Below are positions 36,337 to 49,548 of a stretch of DNA of 64,000 nt, one piece after another. This DNA comes from Haliotis cracherodii. Taxonomy: Eukaryota. The notes under the pieces are model-generated. The model was not told the DNA's origin. It ran no database searches and saw only the letters and a program-made list of their open reading frames with translations. The translations under genes were made by a program, and so were the position numbers. The first letter of the stretch is position 1, and the number at the start of each line of letters is the position of its first letter. The stretch is from positions 46,066,001 to 46,130,000 of the forward strand of contig NW_027266330.1 in assembly GCF_022045235.1 (NCBI RefSeq), read 5' to 3'.

Positions 36337-36755
36337 CGACCCGTGAATACCCGGGTTTAAATGCAACTTCAGCAACCCTTGTGTGTCCTGAGGGGCAACT
36401 ATGCTTGTCGTAAAAGGCGACTAACGGGATCGGGTGGTCAGACTCGTTGACTTGGTTGATGCATGTCATCGTATTCATTTTGCGTAGATCGATGATCATG
36501 ATGTCAATCACTGGATTGTCTAGTCGAGACTTGATTATTTACAGACCGTCTTCATTTAGCTGGAATATCGTTGAGTGTGGCGTTATAAACAAAAAACAAA
36601 GAAAGTTTGTATTGTCACCGTATTCCAATTGCGTAGATCTATGCTAATAATGACAATCACTGGATTGTCTGTTCCAGATTTGATTATTTATAGACCGCCT
36701 TCGTTTAGCTGGAATATCGTTGAGTGTGGCGTTAAACAACAGACAAAAAAACAAA
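36337..36755 (+). mobile_element. Family D copy with a tandemly duplicated 3' half, directly after a family A SINE
   Basis: Tail block repeated at about 36470-36595 and 36620-36745. Confidence 0.75.
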
Positions 36756-37499
36756 CCTTGGATAAGGGGTGAGATGTTTCATAATGTCATCATGTTTGGG
36801 GCTTATCAGTATTCACACAATAATCGAATGTGAACATGCTGCCGCAGTGATGTTTCTGTTCAAATGACTGTTCAAACTCATCAGATACCTGGGCCCACTC
36901 GCAAAAAGCAATCTTAGCGCTTCAACAATTTTAAGTCTATGTTTGAATATGGAAGTTACGATCATCGCAGCGCTAAAGTCGCTATGTGGAGTGGCCCAGG
37001 GCGATTAACGGGTTTCATAAAGTTTGTTTTACACGGGGGCGAGTTTAGTATGTTATTTACTACAAGCCTTTTACAACCTTCAAAAGATTTATTTCATCGA
37101 AGTATGGGAATTCCCGTCAAACACTGCGTCAAACGTATGAATATTTCACTGTCGTCTGTATATTCAACGGCCCATCTTTAGATTGCAGCACCACAAAGTT
37201 TACAAACACGTCACAAAAACTTAGGACGTAATTTGTGAGAAAAAAAATATTTTATTGATTTGATTTTATATTATTGCAACGATGACCTGTGACGTCGCCC
37301 ACGAACAGTGTTACTGGGCTCGTTGAGCGTGCATAAGCTCCTTGCAGGGATCTACACACAATCATTGAATAAGCCCAGGGATGTCAAGAGTTTTCAATAT
37401 TTATTGCGGAAACTAGTTTCCGCAGTGCATGAGCACGCGCCCTGGTATTAAACACTGTGTAACACCAGCTCATTGATATTAAACAGTGGTATCTTCAGT

Positions 37500-38330
37500 G
37501 GGCGATTGATAACAATAGGTAGTAAATTACAGCTCACAATTTAACAAAGCAATGATATCCTTGCAATGATTTTATTGTTCTTGAAAACAATCAAATATGC
37601 CTTGGAACTCGGGTTTCTGCTTCGAATAATCACTCTGAACATCAGAATGACTGATTTCTCCAAAGCAGCCTGTTCCATTTGGCATTATCTGGTCAAGGTT
37701 CATCAATGTTTCGGCTTCCTTTTCTTGTTTTCTTACTTCGTTCCATCTGGGCTTCATAAAAATTCAGTTCACCATGTCCTTTGACTCATTTCTCAAACAA
37801 AACAAAGCTTTGCCATTTATTTGCCAGTGACAAGTATATCCAGTCTCATTCAAAGTATGTTATATGACTAGAGTTTTAGAACTTTGATTGTTTGGATTTT
37901 TTTATATTAGTTGGCGAGACATTCAGCCACCGATGACCAAAGTAATGGCATGAATCTTACTTGGAAATCATGCAGGAAGCGTACGAGCGTAGGCACTGTA
38001 AGCCCCTGGTATCCCCAGTATGGTGGTCCAACTTTGTTTTCTGGTGGTCTATAGCCTGGTTTTAAGTGATATATTGTTTTTAATTTGGATAAGGTTTGTT
38101 TTATTTCTTCAGCTGTGATAGATGTATACTTTTTTACTGGTTTTTTTTTACTGTCCTTTGTCTACAGATATTTTAAAATGTATCGCTGCATGGCTGTAAC
38201 ATTGCCGAGGCGATTTAAACTTTTGAAATTAGGAATTATAATGGTATTTATCAAATAAATAAGGACAGATAGGGACGGACTATAATATGACATTTGAAGA
38301 TTCAAATCATGAATACATTAAGAAGGGTCA
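37500..38330 (-). mobile_element. Degenerate LINE (RT-region) fragment
   Basis: YRPISLFDKY, LNKIKQAIDH...QSWT, CMISK..DS, ITPISSTE motifs with frameshifts. Confidence 0.5.
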
Positions 38331-39300
38331 CACTATTGCCACCAAATATTGTCAATAAGTCAAACTCTCTATTCATGTCAAATATGGCTCTTATAACACG
38401 AGGCACGGACTTATGATCAATAGGATGAATAGCATGCAATCAGTCACAGGATATACCGAGAACAATTCGGTGTCTCTGGTTCTGATGGACTGGTTAAACG
38501 TGGACATCAATAAATCCACTTCTTCTCTGTCATTCTTGTTTTGAGTGTAGACATGATTTGTAGTATTTACATTAAACATATGCTTAATTTGCTTTTATAT
38601 ATATGCTTCTCATTTTGTCTGAGTATTTACATGAAAATGGCAAGCAATTAAAATGTGAATGTCTGATACCAGTGTGGGTGGCGCCATGTGGGTGTCACTC
38701 GTATATTGTTACACGTTACATGTTACATTGTACATTCGCAGGGGAACCTCTTGGTTGCGAAATTTCTTTTCAAATTAACATTTCGAAAATGTTTTGCTTT
38801 TGCACAACTAGGCTAATTTTAAGTGTAAGCAAGACCAATGTTTCTTGGGCTCGAAGCGCCCAAGTCCGCTGGGGTGGGTGGGGGCATACCGCGCTCTCGG
38901 AATTATTTTTCATTATAATTGTGAGAGTGCGGTTTGTTTACGTCAAAAAGTGAAAACACTTACTTTGAAGGGCTCTCTGCTAGCCTGAGTGAAATACTAG
39001 TTAGTAAAGTTATATGAAAGCTTCAAATGACTATATTTCCTAGTGTTTCTTCAAATTATTTCCTAAGATTCGTTGCTTCATTACTGATATCTCAATGCAA
39101 CATGAACTTGAAATACAACAAATGTTGTTTTTTGCTGTTGCTGTTTTTTTTTTATCTTTCCAATAAACACTGAACACACATTTTACCTTGATCACAACAT
39201 TGAAATACACATTCAATATAAAGTGACCAAGTCATCGACCGAATCGCAGAATCTTGATCTTTGAATTAACTTTGAAATGTTTGTGACAAATCGGCTATTA

Positions 39301-39486
39301 TTAAAAAATTATTCCGACAAAGTCTACAGTCATTTTGTCAATGTCAATGTCAATGTCAATCTCCTTGTGGATGGGGAGGAGTGCCTTAGAGCTCATTCTC
39401 TCATAGGTCATTGTTGACCGGAGGTATGTCTTGATCTGCCTCATTGTGCTGTACGAATGTTCTGCAGTGACAGAACTCACTGGCAC
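39301..39486 (-). mobile_element. hAT transposase C-terminal dimerisation fragment
   Basis: PVSSVTAEHSYSTMRQIKTYLRSTMTYERMSSKALLPIH matches the 'P.ss..aERsFS.l.r.Kt.LRstm...Rl..LalL.Ih' pattern. Confidence 0.75.
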
Positions 39487-41039
39487 AGTGCGTAAAGATT
39501 CCGATTTTCAAGTTAGACATTAAATGATTAAATACTGGTATCATGTTCCACCGAGTTTCAAATTCTAATTTACTGCAAAGATGGTAAATTGAGGTTTACT
39601 TATTTTTAGAAAAAAGATGTGCTTTTTTAAGTGTAAGGAATTGCTTTTCTGCAACAGTGGTAGTTTCGCCGCTAAACTGGACGTTAAACTGACGTATTGA
39701 TATTCCGCGTGATATATGCCCCCACAGATAATAATCAGCTCTAAGCTGGTATATTAATATCGCTCCCTCGTGATACCAATTTTATGAAACGTGTGAATAG
39801 TGATATCTGACGAGCGAAAGCGAGCCAAATTTGATCGAACTATTCCCCTTATAAACTGCGTCAAGCGTATGAATAAAATATTTCACTGTCGTGTGAAAAT
39901 CGACGACGCGGTCCACAGCATAATCCAATTGAATTTAACAAAATAATACTTCAAACACATTAAACGCTGATATGTATCATTTTAATTCATACAACGACCG
40001 ACCTTTAGAATTCAGCACCTCAAAGTTTACAAACACGTTAAAATACCCGATAAAATACCCGATAAAATACCCTTGTGAAATGTTGCAAACATTCAGAAAT
40101 AATGACGTCAGCCGAGCAACTGAGTTGGTGGGGTGATCGAGGGTGCATAATCCCCTCTCAGTGACCTGTCTATCTCAACACGCAGTATCATTGAAGAAGC
40201 CAAGCGATGTTGAGAGTGTTCATTAATAGTTAGTGAAACTAGTTCCGACAGTACAAAAGTAGGCACTTTGCTATTAAAAGCTGCGTTATACCTGCTTGTT
40301 GTTAAACAGTTGTATCGTCAACGGGCGAGTAATAATTATCATTCGTACACATTGTAAAGACGCATTAACGACCCCTTTACACCAGTCTTCCCTGACACTA
40401 TGACTACGAACAGAGAAAGGAAAAACCTTCACCCGACTGTTGACCCTGATAAATACGCATGTATGGCATGTATAGTCAGAAGTGCCATGTATAGATATCA
40501 GCTTCATGTCTAACTTGCCGAGCAAGGCATTGAATACTGTGTAATGTTCATTTGAAATTGTATGATATTTTACAGGAATTCTGTTGTATGAATGACTGGC
40601 ATATTCCAGCACAGAAGGGTATCGAGGCTGTCACGTGGCCACACATTCCTCAGTGGTATCGGCCATGTAGCACAAGTTAAGGCTGACGAGCTTTAAATTT
40701 AAATTAAACTTCTAATTCTGTAAGTAAAACCTCACAACGGGTGACATCCTGTAAAGGTAGTTACTGTACTAGGCAGAATGCAGTGTACTCTATTTGGTTT
40801 TCTAAACCACTAAAGTGACTGCTTTGTGAAGAAACGAGGAGCTTTTGTAGATACCATTGAGATTCTATTGACACAGTTTCGATACAAACACGTCCTGCTG
40901 CATTGACAATGTCCCTCAATGGTCTGTCATACTCATACATCAACTTTCATTGTATCATTCGTCTACCAGTGTGAGCAGGGAGCATGCCTCCATGTCAAGC
41001 TCAGTCTGTGCACACATCAAACAAAAATTGTAACCTATA

Positions 41040-42244
41040 TTGACTATCGCGGGTCAGTTATCTGTTGTGAGCTCCTTTACTCACAAGGGGGTTGACTATC
41101 ATGGGTCAGTTATCTACTGTTAGCTCCTTTACTCACAAGGGGGTTGACCATCATGGGTCAGTTATCTACTGTTAGCTCCTTTACTCACAAGGGGGTTGAC
41201 CATCATGGGTCAGTTATCTACTGTGAGCTCCTTTACTCACAAGGGGGTTGACCATCATGGGTTAGTTATCTGCTGTGAGTTCCTTTACTCACAAGGAGGT
41301 TGACCATCATGGGTTAGTTATCTGCTGTGAGCTCCTTTACTCACAAGGGGGTTGACTATCATGGGTCAGTTATCTACTGTTAGCTCCTTTACTCACAAGG
41401 GGGTTGACCATCATGGGTCAGTTATCTACTGTGAGCTCCTTTACTCACAAGGGGGTTGACCATCATGGGTTAGTTATCTGCTGTGAGTTCCTTTACTCAC
41501 AAGGAGGTTGACCATCATGGGTTAGTTATCTGCTGTGAGCTCCTTTACTCACAAGGAGGTTGACCATCATGGGTTAGTTATCTGCTGTGAGCTCCTTTAC
41601 TCACAAGGAGGTTGACCATCATGGGTTAGTTATCTACTGTGAGCTCCTTTACTCACAAGGAGGTTGACCATCATGGGTTAGTTATCTACTGTTAGCTCCT
41701 TTACTCACAAGGAGGTTGACCATCATGGGTCAGTTATCTGCTGTGAGCTCCTGTACTCACAAGGGGGTTGACCATCATGGGTCAGTTATCTACTGTGAGC
41801 TCCTTTACTCACAAGGGGGTTGACCATCATGGGTTAGTTATCTGCTGTGAGTTCCTTTACTCACAAGGAGGTTGACCATCATGGGTTAGTTATCTGCTGT
41901 GAGCTCCTTTACTCACAAGGAGGTTGACCATCATGGGTTAGTTATCTGCTGTGAGCTCCTTTACTCACAAGGAGGTTGACCATCATGGGTCAGTTATCTA
42001 CTGTTAGCTCCTTTACTCACAAGGAGGTTGACCATCATGGGTTAGTTATCTGCTGTGAGCTCCTTTACTCACAAGGAGGTAGACCATCATGGGTTAGTTA
42101 TCTGCTGTGAGCTCCTTTACTCACAAGGAGGTTGACCATCATGGGTTAGTTATCTGTTGTGAGCTCCTTTACTCACAAGGAGGTAGACCATCATGGGTTA
42201 GTTATCTGCTGTGAGCTCCTTTACTCACAAGGAGGTTGACCATC
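41040..42244. repeat. 52-bp minisatellite, about 23 copies, derived from the 3' end of the ankyrin CDS
   Basis: GTTATCTGCTGTGAGCTCCTTTACTCACAAGGAGGTTGACCATCATGGGTTA; the last unit overlaps the ANK stop codon. Confidence 0.95.
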
Positions 42245-43020
42245 TCTCTGTGTCTCTGTACAGTTGCATCCATCACTGCTGTGTTTCCCATCTGGTCTCT
42301 ACTGTTGATGTCGACAATATGCTTGGACAGGACATACTTCACAATCTCCAGATTCCCTCCACGACAGGCTAGATGCAGTATGTTCCTCGCCTTAGCATCC
42401 GCCAGGGTCAAATCCCCTCCACTTCTCACAATTAAATGAAACACTTCATCATGACCGTGCACCGCTGCCTCCATCACTGGAGTCCTCTCACACACTCCCC
42501 TACTGTTGATGTCAAAACGTTTCATCGAGAGGACATACTTGACCATCTCAGCATGTCCTCCAACACATGCCCAGTGTAGAATGCTGTCACCACCATCATC
42601 CGCCGACGACAAATCTGCTCCTTTGCTGACAAGTAATTGTAACACGTCTGTATGCCTTGTCCATGCTGCATTCATGATCGGTGTCTTACCATAGTTGCCC
42701 TTTTCATTGATGTCCACTCTTGTGGTGTAGGAGAGGATAGGCTTTACTATTTCTACACCCCCTCCAACACAAGCCAAGTGAAGGATGCTGTCATGACGGC
42801 CATCAACTATACCTACGTCAGCTCCTTTATCCAAAAGAAAGTCCAACACCTTTCTATGGCCTTTCCACGCTGCCAACATCACTGGCGTCCTCTTCAGCAT
42901 CCCACGCGCGTTGATGTCATGACCATCAGACAAAATGGTTGTCACACGTTTGAGGTCCCCCGCTAGGCAGGCGTGATGGAGAGCAGTATTTTTCGAGCCT
43001 TGGTCTTTAGAAGGATCCAT
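42202..43020 (-). CDS. Ankyrin-repeat protein (about 8 ANK repeats), single coding exon
   Basis: 272-aa ORF with repeated TALHHAC / TPVMLAA / SILHLAC / TPIMNAA...LLxKGAD motifs; acceptor ttcaag| about 7 nt upstream of the ATG. Confidence 0.93.
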   Translation of the reverse strand: MDPSKDQGSKNTALHHACLAGDLKRVTTILSDGHDINARGMLKRTPVMLAAWKGHRKVLDFLLDKGADVGIVDGRHDSILHLACVGGGVEIVKPILSYTTRVDINEKGNYGKTPIMNAAWTRHTDVLQLLVSKGADLSSADDGGDSILHWACVGGHAEMVKYVLSMKRFDINSRGVCERTPVMEAAVHGHDEVFHLIVRSGGDLTLADAKARNILHLACRGGNLEIVKYVLSKHIVDINSRDQMGNTAVMDATVQRHREMVNLLVSKGAHSR

Positions 43021-43118
43021 TGTTCACTTGAACAGAAATAATCACATATCTTATTCACAATTTGTGGGGTTTCGTGATACTTATGAAGCACGACATTCAA
43101 TAACAGTTAATACCAGCC

Positions 43119-43335
43119 GCGGGTGGCCCAGTCTTTGGCGTCGCAAATTTCGCTGTGCAGAAGATTCGAATCCAGGATCGCCCTGATTACTTTTCTAGGT
43201 TTATCAGCATCATGCTCGTGGATTTCACCAAAGTCTGAAACGTCTGAGACCTGCATCACTTCTGGCTTTCCTTCCTCATTAAGCTGACACGCTGTGATAG
43301 AACTGGTATGCTGTTAAAAGCGCCTTTAAACCGAA
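43119..43335 (+). mobile_element. SINE family B copy (diverged)
   Basis: Similar to family B. Confidence 0.7.
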
Positions 43336-43852
43336 TAAATAATGTTCTAGTTCATTCATAATCAGTTGCTATGGGGGGAGGACAAGTGTTAAATGTAGTA
43401 TACAATACGTTTGCCATGATGAAGGACCTGATTTAATCCTGCATCTCTCCATTTTTTAGTAACAAGTTCAAATAGATTTAATTTGCTGTCAATCGTGATC
43501 CATAAAACAATATATATTTATCCTTTTTTTGCATGAAGAAAATAACCTAGCAAGGCGCTTGTGTTGAAATGAAATAGATTTCATGTTGTAAAAGGAAATA
43601 ATAGCGCCAAACCCTTTACACATTCATAAGATATCGCTGCCGAAAGCACGGTTGATTGTACGATTCCGACTCTAACACGAATCACTATCAAGCAATGATC
43701 ATACAGTATTTTTTCGTGAAAAAGTGAGCGTGTCATGCCTCACCGGTCACACTTGTCACAAACACATGCACAGGTACGTCAATTGTTAACCTGAAAAACA
43801 CACAAGCTTCACAAGGACAACCGGAAATGTACTAAGTCGTCTGTAGTTCGAA

Positions 43853-44250
43853 ACAGTATTGCAGTTATATGGCGGCGTGTCACTTTAATGTGGGAGGAAA
43901 GCCCGAAGTGATGCAGGTCTCAGACGTTTACCACTTCGGTGAAACCCACGAGCATGGGTATAGTACTGTCAAACCTAGAAACATAATCGTGGCGAACCGG
44001 GATTCGAACCCACAATCATAGGTTTCTGACGTGCCCAAGGGACACAACTCTGCACAGCGAATCGCGGCGCCTTAGACGACTGGGCCCTCCGTGCCCCCCA
44101 GCTATATGACGGCGGTCTGTAAATAATCGAGTCTGAACCAGACAATCCAGTGATTGACACCATGAGCATCGATCTACGGGATACGATGACATGCACCAAC
44201 CAAGTCAGCGAGTCTGACCAGCCGATCCGGTTAGTCGCCTCTTACAAACT
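43853..44250 (-). mobile_element. SINE family B (43853-44099) joined to or inserted in the tail of a family D element (44100-44250)
   Basis: Abrupt switch at about 44100 from the B head to D-tail sequence. Confidence 0.75.
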
Positions 44251-45454
44251 TAGTCGCTGGTAAGTTGTATCCTGTTTTTGCAGTAGATATAGGCCTATAC
44301 GTATTAGTATTCAAAAAACAAATTGAAACACTGGATATATTCCCTGTAGTGGGGTCGTGTTATTGCATGAAACGAGAAATGTGCTGCCTTTAAAATAGAA
44401 CAACTCACCTCTATCGGCATGGACGACTGTGAGCTTCTCGTGACACCTAACAACGTGTTACCTACGGCGCGTGTAAGTGTGGCACACTAACCAGTCAAAC
44501 AGGTTGTCTTTTCAAATGTTACACTCTCCCGTTTTCACATGTCACAAGAGTGAGTATAAAGACAGGTCCAGACTGCAAGTACATACATAGATATATCTAT
44601 GTATCTAAACGTACCATACACACCAAGAAACCTACGTATATTTTGGAAAAGCGTGACTGTACTTGTACAATGTGGCCTTATGCATGGGGTTTCAAACGGT
44701 ACGTTAAAATTAGGTGCAGCCCCGAATGTCAATGCGTCGGATCGCATTGCATGCAAAATTTGGTTGCAGTGTGATTTCCACCTCAGAAAGATTAGACAGT
44801 TGGCTGGCAAGAAATATAAGCGAGTAGGTATAGGGTGTCTTTAAGAAGTCTTTGGTATGTAGTTGAGTTGAGTTTAACTTACATTATTGGAAACATCCCT
44901 TTGACCCGACCTTGACCTGACGTTACACTCACAACAACTTTAGCACTGTTTGCAAGTATACAATTCAGCAGCCATTGGTGAGGCTTCCTCCTGGTGGTGT
45001 TGAGGCTTCCTTCTGGAGGTGGAAAGACGTCATCATTATTTGCATGGTCTGACCAGTAGGACTCCTTTAGAAACCTGAATAACAGAAGCCATCACCGTGA
45101 CACAGGCGATTGAACAGACTTTGCCGTCTTCGGATGAGGAGACTTTCGACACTTCAACTGCTTTGACTATTGTTTAGTCCCTGGATGATAGATAGCTCTG
45201 AATGAAAAACGTATATATGGTTACAAATCGCTTAACGAAATAAGCTGGGTCTGCTGCGAAACAACATAAATTCTCTCTGAACCTGAAGTGTTTCTTATCA
45301 GGAGTCAGAAGCCTTGACCCCACAGCGGCTGAAACTTGTCATGCCCAGTTCATTCCTCAGCATGTTCTCAACTCCCATGAGAGATACCTGCTGTTATTGG
45401 CTATGTGACGTGTAGAGAGCCGTCGATCATCCATAACCATGTACATATGAACAC

Positions 45455-45890
45455 ACAATACCATTTAGAAGTGGCCAAATGTAAACATTGTTATATTTGG
45501 GATAACAATTTCTTGTTAAAGTACAAATTCTCGTACTTTTGTGGGTTGAGTCCCATCCGGGATTCGAACACGCACTGCCAGAGTGAGGCACCTATTCGCC
45601 ACCCACTCAGCGACCGAGGCTTCCACAAAAATGAAAGTCCGACAACTGGTAGTCTAAATGACGTACTTTGTGTACCCCTCTGACAAGTGTAAATTGACAC
45701 GGCTCCAATGGCACAAAACACACAATGCCATTTAGAAAGTGGTCAAATGTAATGGGATAACGCTTTCTTAGCAAAGCACATATTCTCGTATTTCTTTGGG
45801 TTGAGTCCCATCCGGAATTCGAACACACACTTCCAGAGTGAGGCAGCTCATCTCCAGTACACAAAGTCAGCGATCTAATCCACTCCGCTA
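45455..45890 (-). mobile_element. Two tandem copies of another tRNA-headed repeat
   Basis: GGGTTGAGTCCCATCCGG.ATTCGAACAC at about 45543 and 45798; B box GTTCGAATCC on the minus strand. Confidence 0.55.
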
Positions 45891-47240
45891 CATATAATGT
45901 ACGTTAGTAGCTGATGGTCTCCCTGTTCATGGATTATCTTCGAGGCTCTCTCTTCCCGTATTGCCCTCGCTGCCCACCATCACCATCCCCTAACGTGCGC
46001 GCCATGTCCGCACGGACGGCTGTTGGAGTTCATGTGGCGATACTTGAGATACTTCATTGACAGAGAACACCCAGTCACTTTGATGCCTGCAGATATATAC
46101 TGCCTGGTTGTGTATTGGTTCGAATGCAGGCTGTCAAGCATGTACATGCAAACCGTTATGGCTGTACCACTGTACGAAATGTGTTTTGAACCTAAACATG
46201 TTCTTTGTCCCATAGTTTTAAAATGTCTAAGCCTAAGAATGTTTAGGATGGTGTTTAACAGCTAAAAGTGTTTAAGGTCTAAATTTGAAAAAGACCCGCG
46301 TACCCCTGGAAATGTATTGAAGGTAATGTAACAAGGGGGCGATTTCTATGTTTTTTTAACGTTTTATAGGAATCAGGAGTGGAGATGGAGGGGCGGGCGG
46401 TGAGGGACCCTAACCAAAAAGTAAAGGATCTTTCGTTGTTATCACAATACTTTCATTGTTAGCTTCTGTTTCCTGTACAGCAACAACATATTTTAAACAT
46501 CGGTGGGATACGAACCCGCAACATCTTGATTTGTAGACCTTCACTATCACCTGTGCTACGGACTAGAACTACAACTAGAAATTTAAATTTCCCTAGTAAC
46601 CATTAACTTGGCTTTGTTCATTTGTACAATTTATAGCATTGTATTTATATACGTTATGCAAGTGCCTGTGAATCTGATTTGCACATCTCATTCAATATAT
46701 TGAATACATCTTGTCCATATTTGACTTTGTGCTTAATAGCATGCACTTTATTTAAACATGTTTAGATTATTAGGATGACACGTGATGAGTCGAATTTTGT
46801 CGTTGTCATGTTTAAACTTTAAACATGTTTAAACGTGTTTAAATTCTAAACATGCTTAAACACTAAACATGTCTAAGGTTATGGTGAAGTTGTGTTCAGG
46901 TGGTATTTATACAGTGAGATGATAGTTGATTTCATGTGTTTAGACCCAAAACGTGTTCAGATGCATCACACCGAATGTGTATTCCGTTAAGGATTTAAAT
47001 ACATTCCTAAAACATTTTATGTGTTTACATTCTAAACATATTTTTTCAGAGAGCACCCTTCATAACTTTTCAGCCACCCCTCGTAACATTCACTTTAATT
47101 TTGAATTGACAGTCCAGCTTCACTGAAAGACACCCAGGCCATTGAACGTAGTGGTATAGTTTACAATCGTCGTGCACTTCCCTACAATCAACCCCTACGA
47201 GCAGTGTATCCATGCAGATATAAAAAAGATTAAGTCTCGT

Positions 47241-47641
47241 TCACTCTTCAGATATTAGTTTTCCACGAAAATATGAGGCAAACGTTCCAAAGATGCCACG
47301 AGGGCTTGTTAACTCCACCAACACCTCCTCATCCAGGTCCAGATGGATGACAGTGACAACAGAAGACGGAGCATCACCATAACTGAACCTGTTTCCACAA
47401 ACCCGGCTGCCATTACCGCTCTTCCACCCGATATAGACATACATGGCAGTGTGTAACCCAGACATCTCCAGTTGTGTCCAGAACATGTAGGTTCCAGAGA
47501 CTGGTGCTGTGAACTTCCCTGTGGTGGTGTTGTAGCCAGAGCCAGCGTTGTAGTCGACATTACTGAATGTCAGGGGATTGGCAGCAGGAGATTGGCTCGG
47601 TGGTTGGTGCGCGTGGAATGCAACAGTTCTGGTATTTGATA
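47241..47641 (-). CDS. Globular C1q (gC1q) domain exon, open frame
   Basis: tttaag|TA TCA AAT ACC AGA ACT GTT GCA TTC...: TVAFHAH...LTFSNVDYNAGSGYNTTTGKFTAPVSGTYMFW...VIHLDLDEEVLVEL...SYFRGKLISEE*, which carries the classic gC1q motifs. Confidence 0.88.
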
Positions 47642-47664
47642 CTTAAACAAAATGTTTTAGATTA

Positions 47665-48270
47665 AGGATTTCAGGATTCAGGGGTTCAAGGATTCAGGGA
47701 TTCAAGGATTTTTTTAGGTGAAAGGCCATAAGACCCATAGTAAAGTCATGTGACTCACAAATTTCAAAACATATGTAAGATGTGACTGCATAAGTATTAT
47801 AATCCCCACATTCAATACATCAATATCTGTAGTAAACTACAATTCGTTTCTTATATAGAACATGTACAAAGGCACTTTGCTATATCAAAGATCACCTCAC
47901 CATAAAAACAGTTTAACATACTTACCATGTCATGACTAACACAAGTGTTGAGATGCTCAACAAATGCTGACAAATATTTACTTCTTATATGTGAGATTAT
48001 GTGCGCTTCATTTTCAAGTACATGACGTTCTGAGCACACAAACTCGTTCTCTTAATCATTAGACCTGCTTCTTCTATATATCTGAATACCCAATGTATTA
48101 TAACCGCATCTACATTTTAACAGTGCAAATGAGATTTGAAAAAGGAAATCATTGCAATATCTGTGGCAACTTCTTCATTGCCACGTGCCAGTGCATTTAT
48201 TAATAAAATAAGAAGGTTAAAGGCATAATTCACGTGTAATTACGAATTTTGATTGAATATGTTGAATATA
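47665..48270 (-). mobile_element. LINE 3' end with a (TTGAATCC)-like tandem tail, in the C1q intron
   Basis: RCGYNTLGIQ.YRR..ER.C...LENEAH zinc-knuckle-like relic; GATTCAAG/GATTCAGG repeats at 47665-47710. Confidence 0.5.
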
Positions 48271-48794
48271 TGTTTATTTGTTTAGTCAGGAATTCCAGCA
48301 ATTGCCTCTCTGGACTGCCATTATCAACTGGTCAGACATTTCGTCCCTGTCATGACCCATGTTTTCAAGCATCATACTACTTTAATGGTGTCCGTCAGTT
48401 GCATGTACCACAGGCAGAAGTATTCCAACTTTACCACAGCGACCTGTAAATAATCTAGTCTGGAACAGACAAACCAGTGGTTGATATTATGAGCAACGTC
48501 CAGGCCACCAACTGAGCCAACTGATGACCGATTCCATTAAGCTGATATTATGAGCAACGTCCAGGCCACCAACTGAGCCAACTGATGACCTGGGAAGATA
48601 TTCTAATCTCGAATCCCTACACGTGGTTATATCCCCAAAACTGTCTGTTTTAACAATGATATCAGAGGGGCAAATACAACATAATGCTATCAGGTACACG
48701 TATTAACAGTAGTGCTCTCTAAAAGCATAATGGCCATGTGTATTGCTTTTACATTCAACCATAAGCGAACTAATCTGATGAATAATTAACTTAC

Positions 48795-49548
48795 ACATAC
48801 GTTGTGACAGATTCTTCAACGACTGGTAGTTGTCCAGGGATTGTTTCTGTACAGACAGTTCTCTTCGCAAAGATGCTACTTCTGAGCTTATCAAACTGAG
48901 AATATTCTATGTCGTGCTTGTATCGGTGATCATGGCTAGCTGGAGTCTCTCGAGTTGTTCCCACATATTCTGTGGCAGCAACTTTGTAGGTCGTAGTTCA
49001 ATATGTTCTTCCGACAGCTTTTGTCATATTTTTTGGACAAATGATGACGTATTCTGGATAAAACTGCTTGCTTCATACACAGATGAATTTACCTTGTTTA
49101 GTTGTTTGCCTAACATCTTGACCTCTGACCGCACTGCATCGTTTGGTTCAACTGTGTATTAGCTTTACCATGTTTCATTCTGTTGATTTCTGTTTTCGCC
49201 TGAATACCTTCATCTGATAACCCAACGTCAGTTTTAATTGCTGGCACTTCATCTTTCAACAAAGACATTTCTTCAACTGCGATTGTAGTTGCAACTGACT
49301 GATCAACAGATCCTGCTTAGTTATAAGTAGTTCTTCCTGAGTAGTCTGCAGCTGGTTCCCCGTTACTTGTGGATCTGTTTGTAACCGTCCTGTGGTTGTC
49401 TGGAGACTGTCACTTTCTCCTAAAGCTGGGAGACGGTGCTGACGAGGCTTGACAGATCCACAGCGCCGTCGGGCTTCACCATGGGCAAAATGAGTCCGGT
49501 GAGAGACCTACTCAGCAAAACACATAGACACAGAACAGCAACATACAT
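48795..49548 (-). pseudogene. Disrupted exon 1 (signal peptide + coiled coil) of a C1q-domain-containing gene
   Basis: MYVAVLCLCVLLSRSLTG signal peptide, TAG at codon 43 (49422-49420), then several frameshifts and stops in a heptad-like Q/L/E-rich region. The phase-1 donor ATG T|gtaagt at 48794 matches the phase of the gC1q exon. Confidence 0.75.

Noticed and set aside
39805-39825. CTGACGA-GCGAAAGC-GAG as a hammerhead ribozyme core
   Set aside because: Lacks the GAAA after stem II and stems I/III; better explained as half of the hairpin seen at 2420-2461.
44882-45200. Possible minus-strand exons (FLKESYWSDHANNDD...)
   Set aside because: No recognisable family and no phase-linked partner exons; probably a decayed transposon or gene fragment.
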